Positions 49,955 through 64,000 of a DNA stretch of 64,000 nucleotides are shown piece after piece. Source of the stretch: Octopus vulgaris (lineage: Eukaryota); contig OX597823.1 in assembly GCA_951406725.2 (NCBI GenBank), forward strand, positions 40,114,001-40,178,000, given 5' to 3'. The stretch's first letter is position 1, and every line of letters begins with the position of its first letter. A model generated the notes under the pieces. The model was given only the letters and a program-made list of their open reading frames with translations, made no database searches and had not been told where the DNA came from. Both the position numbers and the translations under genes were made by a program.

Positions 49955-52357
49955 AAATGTGCGTCTAATAATAACAAGAACTTGATTGGAAGTAATAATA
50001 ATATTGATCGGGTAGTTTAAGGACCTGAATTCGGCCTATAAACGAGGCTCTCAAAATGATAGATATCAATCCCTGCCCTCGGAAGTGGGATGGAACAACT
50101 AAATAAATCTTAGATGCACGCACGCACATGTATATGTATGTATATGTATGTACACACACACACACACATGTTTATTTGTGTGTGCCATTTTGTCTCTATC
50201 ACCCATCGTCATCGCTTGACAACCGGCGTTGGTTTGTTTACGCCCTCGTAACTTAGCGGGTCGGTAAGAGGTAGCATTAAAATAATTGCCAGACTCTTTA
50301 AAAAAAAGTTACCACGGGGGTCGATTTGTTCGACTAAATATTTCAGGGCGGTGACCCAACATGGCCGCAGCTCAATGAGTGAAGCAAGTTAATGATAAAA
50401 GATATTGAAGACAGTGTAGTCAATAAATTATTGCTGATCTTATTCCATTATCACGTAAAACCAACTGCGAGAAACAGGAAATAACTGAAACGTCCGTACT
50501 GCGAACAACGGTCTGTTAACACGGTAATTTTTTCTTGTCAAGTTTCCTGAGAGGATATACAGTAGATAGATGTCTGACAATAAATGTATGGAAGGACGAA
50601 GGTAAAGTGTTCAACACTCGCGGCGAAGAAGCTTGTTAGTGAGTGTGTGTGAAGACTAGTATCGGTGAAATATCGTCTGCAACCGACGGAAGGAAAGAAC
50701 ATTACTTGTTTTCTTAGGGATCGCCAACATATGCCTGGTTCAAAGTTGAATTAGACCACCGTGATTAAAAGTGAATCAAGTTTATCTAAGAGTCACCCGT
50801 GTTTCATTTTAGATAATGTTGAATTTCCGACAGGTTAAACAAATGAATTTTAAATGGATCAGTTTGTTCTTCTTCCTTTATTAATGAGAAAACAGCATAG
50901 AGATTACCATGATTTGCATATTTATTCTTATGTTCCGGCAGATATGAACATAAATACACTAACCACTGTTGTGTTTCGTCACAGGAGGAACTTTCTCCTA
51001 TACGACGAATGAGTGTTTATGGCACACTCGATTCGTCAGAGCAAGGGACTCTTTGACGCCCGGTGTTTCGGCATTACTGTGCCTCGTCAGCCAAAGGCAA
51101 CCTGGATTAATGAATAGAGATTACAACCATACAATTCTTCTGTCTTCACCTAAAATTTAAGACCATTTTGATTTTAGTCAACACTACGATATGTTCTCCA
51201 TCTTTTCTATTCTCATGCATCCACAACAGAAAGTAGTGGTGATGGTCGTGGTGGTGGTCTCCTCCCCCATCAAGATACCCTGAATTAAACTACAGTACAC
51301 TTGATGTTATATTTTTCGTGCCATTCCGAGTAGATTCATAGTCGATCACAATTTCCAACTGTGACCATCCCATCATTTTCCTAGAGACAGTGCAATAGGA
51401 GCCGCTCTCTTGTAAAACAAATATTTTCTGTTTTGAAGACGTAGAGCGTGATTTGAGGAAGATTCTGCTGCTATTTATAGCAGATCGAGTGACCGCTTAG
51501 ATGCTCCCTCGTTTGCTCAAAGGAGAATAATTGCTGAAGTTTAGCCTCAGGTCAAGTAATCGAGTAGGCCTATAATCAAAGTCAATTTGGTCATCACCAG
51601 CCATAATTTTAGGCACATTGTATTTTAGGACAACATTATTAAATGTTTGTTGCATTTATGAAACACTGTTGCTTGAGAGGGGATTCGGTTGCTATTTTTA
51701 GAAGGTCTAGCGACCACCTCATTGCTTCCTCGTTAAATCGTGGGTGACCAGTAATTACTGTAGGTAGAATTTCAGATTTTGATTAGCGGGTAAAACGATG
51801 ATACACATAGAAGATACACATGATTTGATACTTATGGCGGACAAATACCTCTCTATCAATTGTTTGAAGAACTATCAGCGGTCTAGTTTCTGACTAGTTT
51901 TTGATACAGCATGTGTGTGTTTGTGAGTGTGTGTGTGCATGTGTGTGTGTGTGTGTGTGTTTGTGTGTGAGTGCGTGTGTGTGCGTGTGTGTGCGTGTGT
52001 GCGTGAGTGTGTGTATGTGTGTGTGCCCCGGGGGCGCCTGTATTCGAGATATATAGTTTCCGTTGATTCTATTTACTGGTAAGAAGAAATAGAGTGAAAG
52101 AGATTTCGTATTATTCATTTGAAAGGCTTCCGTCCAGTTTTATTCGAAAGGAAGGTGGTGGTTCTTGATGAATATCTAATTGTCGAACTTCTGTACAATT
52201 TTTAAAACTCACACACGCGCATCTTTGTATGTGTTTATGTATATATATTATATGTATATATATATATGTATATATATATATGTATGTATATGTATATACA
52301 TAGATACATATTTATGTATATATATATATGTATATATATGTATATATACATGTATAT

Positions 52358-52399
<42 letters not shown>

Positions 52400-52427
52400 G
52401 TATTATATATATATATGTATGCATATG

Positions 52428-54850
<2,423 letters not shown>

Positions 54851-55294
54851 ATACTACTGTTGCGACTGTTTCAGTAAATAATAATAATAATAATTTCTCC
54901 CTAATTTTGACGCAAATTTTGAAGGGATGGGGCAAGCATCCCCAGTACTTTATTTCATTGACCCTTCAAGGTTGAAATACAAAGCTGACCTCGGCTTGAT
55001 TTGAATACACAGAGTAAAGACCTGGAACTATTAATAATAACTAGCGGGACCCGAGAATATTTCACGGAATTAATGGTGAACCTATAGGGTTAATTCTGAA
55101 AACTTTATCCAAATACCCTGAAAGCGTAGCCAGTGTTGTATGGAAAGATAGTCGCTCATCTGCAATTCATTGAAAAGTGAAAGAAATTGGAATACGATGA
55201 TTACTTAATGCAGTGTAAATCAAAAGGATGTGTTATAACACTATTCTACATATACAAAAAACGGCCGTACCAACAATCCAACATACCTCCATCA

Positions 55295-55583
55295 TCAGTT
55301 TTTTTGCTCCTTCTTGAGCCATGCCTGGCTCATTAGGGCCGGTTTCCCGGTTTCTTTGGCGTATAGGTTCCACACCTGGACGGGATGCCAGTCCGTTGCA
55401 GGTGAGCTGCAAGATGCAGGAGGAAAGAGTGAGAGAAAGTTGTGGCAAAAGAGTCAGCAGAAGTTCGCCATTACCTTCTGTTGAAGCCGCTCATAAACAC
55501 ACACATCACCCGGTCTGAGATTCAAACCCGCGATCCCTCGACCGCAAGTCCGCTGCTCTAACTACTAGGCCATGTGTCTCCAC
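55295..55583 (-). mobile_element. tRNA-derived SINE (related head, different body)
   Basis: Head GTGGAGACACATGGCCTAGTAGTTAGAGCAGCGGAC...GGTTTGAATCTC. Confidence 0.7.
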
Positions 55584-55695
55584 TCCATCATCAATTGCCC
55601 ATGTCTAGTTACCTCTATTTCAACAGCAGAAAAAGATGTGTTGCTTTGGAGCTCCATTTCAAACACATTTATTATTATTATTATTATAATTATTA

Positions 55696-55729
<34 letters not shown>

Positions 55730-55778
55730 CATCATCATTATTATTATTATTATTATCTGTTATTATTAATAGTAATCC

Positions 55779-56012
55779 CGGCGAGCTTGCAGAAACGTTA
55801 GCACGCCGGGCGAAATGCCTTGCGGTATTTCGTCTGCCGTTACGTTCTGAGTTCAAATTCCGCCGAGGTCGACTTTGCCTTTCATCCTTTCGGGGTTGAT
55901 AAATTAAGTACCAGTTACGCACCGGGGTCGATGTAATCGACTTAATCCGTTTGTCTGTCCTTGTTTGTCCCCTCTGTGTTTAGCCCCTTGTGGGTAGTAA
56001 AGAAATAGGTAT
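55779..56012 (+). mobile_element. SINE with a 16-18 bp target-site duplication
   Basis: TATTAATAGTAATCCCGG at 55764-55781 and 56010-56027 flanks the element. Confidence 0.9.
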
Positions 56013-58433
56013 TAATAGTAATCCCGGAATAACTAAATTATATACTAAATAGCGACCAGTCTTTAAGTTCATACAAACAATAATCCCCACTAGTCTTCCA
56101 CAGTTACTACCATAATAAAAGAAAGTGAAAGCTTTGTTTCAATTATATCCAAAACAAAACACAATTGAATTTCAATTTAACGAATAATATAATAGTTATA
56201 ATTGAAATACGTTATTTCATAATTCAAAAGTTAATAATAAAAGCACTACACACTCTTGATATACATTACACTTACAAGTTATAATGTAAACTTACCAGTA
56301 ACTAATAGAAACATTAAATTTACTAAATAGGAACTAATAAAAGTATACTTGTAATTAACTTTTACTATGAAGCTTTACTACGATTAGAGTAAACCTATAA
56401 GGTTAATTCTGAAAACTTTATCCAAAGTACCCTGAAAGCGCAGCCAGTGTTGAATGGAAAGATAATCGCTCATCTGCAATTCATTGAAAAGTGAAAGAAC
56501 GATTGGAATACGATGATTACTTACTTCTTCAACTGTATCTCAAATAATATATACACTTTATATACTTTACGTACAATTTTATAGACTTAATACACAGCAC
56601 TCATAAAATAAATATTCACTCTTATTTTTCAATTTTCCCCATAAACAAACAAAAAATATCCCGTACATATGATACAACCTTTAGTTAAAATGCAATATAT
56701 CTGCCACGTAAATTTCACGGAATTGCATTTATGTGCATGCATTAAACGATAGGTAATATAAAAAAAAAACCTAGTTAAATTTAAAAATACACTTTTCATT
56801 ATCAAATCAACCATCCACATCCACATCACTACATCCACCACCATCACCTCTGCACCACTACATCCACCACTTCTCTCTTCCCACCCTTTTTTCATTCTCG
56901 TCTCTCTCTCTCTCCTCTCTGCCTTTCTTTAACCTCACCATCAGAACATCACCCCTCTGCTAAAATTATATTTTTAACTCTCTTCCTCTATATCATCACT
57001 ACCTTCAACTAACTTTTTTAACCACGTAATAAATATGACGCTTTCCCTACCTCACGTCATGGACACTTCTCTCTCTCCAGCTTTTGCTTTCTCCTCTGTT
57101 TTCTTTCAACAAATCACGTGAAAGATTCGTAGACAGTCACCACTTCTCACCATACGGTCAACTTAATAAATGTATGTTTATACATACATACATACATACA
57201 TACATACATACAAACATACATACATACAAACATACATACATACATACATGTAGGCGCAAGCGTGGTAAGAAGCTTGCTTCCAACGGTATGGTCCCGGGTT
57301 CAGTCCCTCCTTCCACCAAATGTATATTACAGTTTGATGAAGGCAAATAAACCGAAATTTCGAAGTCACTGTTAACCTTTACCTTTTAATACATAAATGC
57401 ACAAACACACATACACACACATGCATACACATGCACACACATATGATGTCCTTCATTAGTGATTCATAACGAAAAATATATAACTGATCTATATTATCAT
57501 CAATACTTGATTGATAACAATATATCCCATAAGATATCAGTTCGATTGCACATGTACATTTGTGCATACAAAAGTGTGTTTTTTTTTAATATTTTCTCTC
57601 ATTACATTTCTGAAATCGATAGAATGTATTGATCGATAAATATTCTGCGTCTCCTTTGTGATTCCTCCGGAGACGTTTCATCTAAATCTATGGCTGCTTT
57701 AATCGATCTTATTATATTTTATTCTTTCTGATTCTGATTCCATCAGGATTTTAAAAACATCTACAAATATTGATTCTATTTTTAGTTGTTCTGAAGACGA
57801 ATTTCACAGTCTGAAGAATAAAGTGAACAGAGAAAGGAAAACACTGGCAATATGGCGTCGGGAGAGTCGGCGGTCGAATACATAGAGTGAGGTGTGTGTA
57901 GGTTGGTCGTGATGGAAGACTTGTAAATTCTTTTACAACCATTTGGAAATATTCTGTTTGTAGTTAGGTGGAATATGCAAAACAATGCTAATTGTATCGT
58001 TAATGATTTCTTTCTCATGCATCGATACAATTTCTTTGAATAAGATCGAGTTTAATCAAACGAATTGAGGAAATGAGCCTAGTGTATAACTGGTTGATTG
58101 ATTTATTTTTTTCATAGAATACAAAATTCGTTAATATACGTACCTGTCGACATATCTTTAGCGGTCGATCGTCCATCGGTGGCAATACCATGGAAGCTCG
58201 CAATCACGTGATCTGAGGGCGTCGGTGCTGGAGATGGCAGCGAATTATCTCACCGTAAGCGAGATAAACAAGAGTACATTTTGCAGCAAAAGTCAATATG
58301 AGAGTTTCTTTCATGGTATCTACCGTTCAAAGTGATGTCCCAAAATGGCCGCGGTCAAATGACTGAAACAAGTAAAAGAGATAAAAAAGATACACGGTAT
58401 ACGAACACACGTAGCATTCAACAGATATCTCTT

Positions 58434-58528
<95 letters not shown>

Positions 58529-58531
58529 ATA

Positions 58532-59450
58532 CTAGCTGACGTACCCGGTAATTCCCGGGAAAGCGGAGCTTATCCCATGGTTCCGTTCTCATAATTGTTT
58601 CGCTAATCCAGTAACAACAATACAATGTATGTAGCCCTTAAAACGGTTTTTGCGTACTTATTGAGAATACCGAACTATTTTACACAGGATCTTGTTTTTA
58701 GGAATTCCTAATAAGTTATGAATACCCAAATTGTGAAGTCAGTTATGTAATAACATGAAATTAATTACCCGATAATAAGAATTCAAATAAAGTAGCCTCG
58801 AAAAGGGCTTTAATACGTCCCCAGAGTATATAGAACTTATGAGGAAATACTAATAATGTATGTATACTAAAATTGTGAAGCATGTTACGTAATAAGAGGC
58901 TAATCAGATATCAGATAATAACAGTTCAAAGTAAATAACTCTGAAAATGGCTTTTGTGGCTTCCCAGAGAATATTACCCTCAGCGGCGCAAGTGTTGGTA
59001 TATTCGTGAATAAGTCACTGACCGAAATAAGTGGATCTATTGTTTAGGAAAATACTATTGACTTGTTTCAGCGTTGCACTGGATAAATTGCGAAAATAGC
59101 TAAAATAGTTCAAATACTAACAAATAATCAGACTCAATTTGATTTAAACGAAATAATTTACGAACATGAATGGATTATTTTTCTTGGCTATATATAGGGA
59201 TCTCTTTCAGGAGCGAGTATATCACTTCCCTTGGATGTTTAAAAATAATATATTAGTTATATGTAGTAGATATAATAATCCCTTCCAGGGGCCCAATTAT
59301 CGGCTTTTTTCAGCAATCTAAGTATGTCACTAATTTTCCAGACATGAGTTCTACTCACGTGTCAAGTTTCATCAAAATCGATAAAACGATGTAGGAGGTG
59401 TTAGATAACAACGCCACAAGCAAACACACTCACAGATTTCTACATATGTA

Positions 59451-59452
<2 letters not shown>
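58532..59452 (-). mobile_element. Non-autonomous Helitron-like element in (TA)n
   Basis: Minus-strand 3' end CCCGG-GAATTA-CCGGG hairpin, 8 nt, then CTAG; the other end resembles those near 14270-14366 and 23270-23370. Confidence 0.6.
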
Positions 59453-59497
<45 letters not shown>

Positions 59498-59502
<5 letters not shown>

Positions 59503-60198
59503 TTATGTTCTAGCCAAGAGCTGCAGCCATGCTGATGCATCGCCGTCTTACGCTACACTGTTATTACTAGGAGCCTCCTCTAATATGTGGCACTTGGTGA
59601 AGAATGGAGTTTGATATAGCTACCCTCATTTGCACCTCTTGCCGTGAGGTAGGCTCATCTGGGACTCTTGACAGGAAGAGGTCCAGCTTTGATTTAAAAA
59701 TCCCTACATCTACTTTGTGCAAGTTCCTCAGACACTTTGGGAGAATATTAAAAAGCTGTGGGCCTTTGAAACCCAGGCTGTTGCAGTAACTGGTCCTGAA
59801 GCGTGATGGCATTGCTGGGATCTTTGGCACCATGCAGTGTCGTCCCGTTCTGGCATTGGTGTAGCTTTCAATGCCAAAATTTGACACAGTTCCTTCCAGG
59901 ATCTTCCAGACATATATTACTGCATACCTCTCCCGTCTTCTCTCCTGGGAGTAGAGTCTTAGCTGTTTCAACTTTTCCCAGTAGCTGCAAAGAGACGATC
60001 TTCTTTGTGAATCTTCTCTGGATTGCTTCAACGTCCGCTGTTAATCTCACACTGGTGGGTGACCATAGCTGTGAGCAGTAATCCAGGCGGCTGAGGACGA
60101 ATGTCCGCCAGAGGACCATCATGGTTTCCTTATTTCTGGTTTTGAATGTTCTTAGGATCCATCCAGCCAGTTGTCTGCACCTTGTCGCCATCCTGTGA
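59498..60198 (-). mobile_element. CR1-type LINE 3' end, copy 1
   Basis: GWILRTF...[19 protein letters not shown]...EAIQRRFTK / [19 protein letters not shown]...FKSKLDLFL; one frameshift. Confidence 0.8.
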
Positions 60199-60384
60199 AA
60201 TATATATATATATATACATATATGTATATACATCCATAATTATGTATATATATGTACATATATGTATATATAAGTATATATATATGTATATGTATATATA
60301 TATATGTATACGTATATATATATATATATACATGTACATATATATGTATATATATATATATGGATATATATATATATATATATA

Positions 60385-61085
60385 TTATTTTATGTTCTAG
60401 CCAAGAGCTGCAGCCATGCTGATGCATCGCCGTCTTACGCTACACTGTTATTACTAGGAGCCTCCTCTAATATGTGGCACTTGGTGAAGAATGGAGTTTG
60501 ATATAGCTACTCTCATTTGCACCTCTTGCCGTGAGGTAGGCTCATCTGGGACTCTTGACAGGAAGAGGTCCAGCTTTGATTTAAAAATCCCTACATCTAC
60601 TTTGTGCAAGTTCCTCAGACACTTTGGGAGAATATTAAAAAGCTGTGGGCCTTTGAAACCCAGGCTGTTGCAGTAACTGGTCCTGAAGCGTGATGGCATT
60701 GCTGGGATCTTTGGCACCATGCAGTGTCGTCCCGTTCTGGCATTGGTGTAGCTTTCAATGCCAAAATTTGACACAGTTCCTTCCAGGATCTTCCAGACAT
60801 ATATTACTGCATACCTCTCCCGTCTTCTCTCCTGGGAGTAGAGTCTTAGCTGTTTCAACTTTTCCCAGTAGCTGCAAAGAGACGATCTTCTTTGTGAATC
60901 TTCTCTGGATTGCTTCAACGTCCGCTGTTAATCTCACACTGGTGGGTGACCATAGCTGTGAGCAGTAATCCAGGCGGCTGAGGACGAATGTCCGCCAGAG
61001 GACCATCATGGTTTCCTTATTTCTGGTTTTGAATGTTCTTAGGATCAATCCAGCCAGTTGTCTGCACCTTGTCGCCATCCTGTGA
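60385..61085 (-). mobile_element. CR1-type LINE 3' end, copy 2 (887-bp tandem duplication)
   Basis: Identical ORFs are offset by 887 bp; very few substitutions between copies. Confidence 0.8.
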
Positions 61086-61158
61086 AATATATATATATAT
61101 ACATATATGTATATACATCCATAATTATGTATATATATGTACATATATGTATATATAA

Positions 61159-61275
<117 letters not shown>

Positions 61276-61564
61276 TATGTGTGTGTATGTGTGCGTGCCT
61301 CTGTGTGCGTGTGCGTGTGTGCGCGCGCGCGAGCGTGTGTGTATAAGCAATAGTAAATCTCTGAGCAAGTTATGAACAGTCGTTGCACGACAACGTGAAG
61401 TATATATATGTATATATATATATATATATACAAACACACACATACGCACACATATATATGCACACACTTATTTATGTATGAGTATGATACATATCCATAT
61501 CGTAATAAGTAGCACATTATGATCTACTAGTCTTTCTTTCGTCCTTTGTTTGTTTCTTTCTTTC

Positions 61565-61624
<60 letters not shown>

Positions 61625-61994
61625 AGAAGAGTTTGAAATACGAAACTTGGAAGTACATATAAATCTAAGGCTATGCTCATGTGGTTCAACAACATGAATA
61701 TCGCTATCACCACCACCACCACCACCACCACCACCACCACCACCACCACTACCACCACCACCGCCACCTCCACCGCCGCCGCCACCACCACCACCACCAC
61801 CATCCCCCTCTCCCTCGTCGTCGTTGTCGTCGTCAGCCTCCTCCTCCTCCTCCTCCACTTTAATCATCACTACCACCATGATCATCACCATCATGATCAT
61901 CATCACCACAACTACTAAAGGGAGCTACCACCTGTGACAGCAACAACAAGAGACACAACAAAATAAAAGAAAATCAACAATAATTCATTTTCTT

Positions 61995-62580
61995 TTTCTA
62001 CTCTAAGCACAAGACCCGAAATGTTTTTCGGGGGAAGAGATCCAATCGATATGATCGACCCCAGTACGCAATTGGTAATTTATTTATCGACCCCGAAGGG
62101 ATGAATGGCAAAGTCGACTTCGGCGGAATTTGAACTCAGAACGTATAGAAAGACGAAATACCTGTTTCTTTATTTACCCACAAGGGGCTAAACATAGAGG
62201 GGACAAACAAGGACAGACAAACGGATTAAGTCGATTACATCGACCCCAGTGCGTAATTGGTACTAAATTTATCGACCCCGAAAGGATAAAAGGCAAAGTC
62301 AACCTCGGCGGAATTTGAACTCAGAACGTAACGGCAGACGAAATACGTATTTCTTTATTACCCACAAGGGGCTAAACACAGAGGGGACAAACAAGGACAG
62401 ACAAACGAATTAAGTCGATTACATCGACCCCAGTGCGTAATTGATACTAAATTTATCGACCCAGAAAGGATGAAAGGCAAAGTCAACCTCGGCGGAATTT
62501 GAACTCAGAACGTAACGGCAGACGAAATACGACTACGCATTTCGCCCGGCGTGCTAACGTTTCTGCCAGCTTGCCGCCTT
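61995..62580 (-). mobile_element. SINE with a tandemly triplicated body (period about 185 bp)
   Basis: TTTATCGACCCC repeats at about 62085, 62270 and 62455; single head at the right end. Confidence 0.85.
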
Positions 62581-62930
62581 AAAATTAGCAATAATTGAAA
62601 TGTCAATGAAGTCGCGTTTAGCCGGCAGGCTGAGCAGCAATTCATTATTAGCGACGGACGTCAGTGACCTTTCAGTCATTGTTTAACTATATCAGTCAGT
62701 TTAAATGCCGGGATTTGCTTGATATGAGCTGATGTAGACATCTGCGGCTGAAGAAGCTAACAAGCAGAAATCTGAATCCAGCAATTTCGTCACCAATACT
62801 GGGTGACCTTCGTCCGGGGCTAACATTTTTCGGTGTTTTAAACACTATTTGTCTGTAAGAGATACTTTCGCGGGGAAAAACCTGCAGTTTAGAAGGCTCT
62901 CAAGCATCTACATACTTTAAATATATAAAT

Positions 62931-63323
62931 AGGCGCAGAAGTGGCTGTGTGGTAAGTAGCTTGCTAACCAACCACATGGTTCCGTGTTCAGTCCCACTGC
63001 GTGGCATCTTGGGCAAGTGTCTTCTGCTATAGCACCGGGCCGACCAATGCCTTGTGAGTGGATTTGGTAGACGGAAACTGAAAGAAGCCTGTCGTATATA
63101 TGTGTGTGTGTGTATGTGTTTGTCCGCCTAGCATTGCTTGGCAACCGATGCTGGTGTGTTTACGTCCCCGTAACTTAGCGGTTCGGCAAAAGAGACCGAT
63201 AGAATAAGTACTGGGCTTACAAAGAATAAGTCCCGGGGTCGATTTGCTCGACTAAAAGGCGGTGCTCCAGCATGGCCGCAGTCAAATGACTGAAACAAGT
63301 AAAAGAGTAAAAGAGTAAAGAGT
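62931..63323 (+). mobile_element. Full-length tRNA-derived SINE with an internal (TG)n tract and (GAGTAAAA)n tail
   Basis: Head AGGCGCAGAAGTGGCTGTGTGGTAAG...GTTCAGTCCC; partial copies near 17250, 20930, 21355, 23665, 39280, 40170 and 50170. Confidence 0.85.
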
Positions 63324-64000
63324 ATACACAGATCGTTAAATTTGAACTAATACTTTTTTAGTCGCAAGTAATGAATATATATGTGTGTGTGTGTATGTGT
63401 GCGTGCGTGTTCGTGTGGGGTATGTATTCATATGTACATGTATGTATGTATGTATGTATGTATGTATGTATGTATGTATGTATGTATGTATGTATGTATG
63501 TGTCTATATGAGAAATACGGTGTATTACACAAGAGTATATATACATATATATATTTCATATTCAGCTGTGAAGTTGCATAAGCGACTAAATGTTCGAGAA
63601 TTCCATTCATTGCACTGTATCTGGTTTAACTTAACTCACTGCGAAATTTCACAGTGAGGTAGTTTAAATATTTGAATCAGCCTTCAGGTATCACCAGAGA
63701 AGTACTAAATTTATTCTGGTAAAATATTGAATGAGATCTCAAGTGTCTTGTGAAATAACGTTAAAGACATCAGGAATAAATCAAGAACAAAGTGGAATAA
63801 TGGGTAATAAAATCAATAGAACTTTGAAAGAAGATTGTTAAGGTGAATCACTTAATAAAAATATGTTTGGTGACTAATTTGTTTTGACGTCTAAGTTTTG
63901 GTAAACTTGATGAAATATCATTGTTGAGTTTATGGAAAGAGCGAAGTGTGTTAAAAATGGTGTGTATATTGAAATTGAGATATCGTCTGTTGCAGATCTT

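Noticed and set aside
55079-56523. About 130-bp direct repeat at 55079-55207 and 56392-56523 as LTRs
   Set aside because: No TG...CA ends, PBS or PPT; it is more likely an internal repeat of a Helitron-like element starting at CTAG 55041, interrupted by SINEs.

Overview
Eukaryotic, AT-rich, microsatellite-dense genomic DNA with no intact host gene that I can recognise. The SINE families and simple-repeat content resemble a cephalopod (octopus-like) genome, which is an inference. The window is a mosaic of transposon remnants: four Penelope-like (PLE) GIY-YIG fragments, RTE, Tx1/L1 and CR1-type LINE pieces, an internally deleted Gypsy LTR element, a mariner fossil, non-autonomous Helitrons, MITE-like foldbacks, several tRNA-SINE families and a short SDHA pseudogene fragment. 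The standout signal is non-coding: about a dozen type I hammerhead ribozyme (HHR) motifs in at least four unrelated short element families and in PLE 3' regions. They include a near-perfect 593-bp tandem array (about 4 copies, then 2 inverted copies) resembling a retrozyme/circRNA locus. These HHR elements all sit in or next to (TA)n or (TG)n tracts and share a foldback layout with both RNA 3' ends pointing outward. Most short ORFs in the supplied track are microsatellite translation artefacts.
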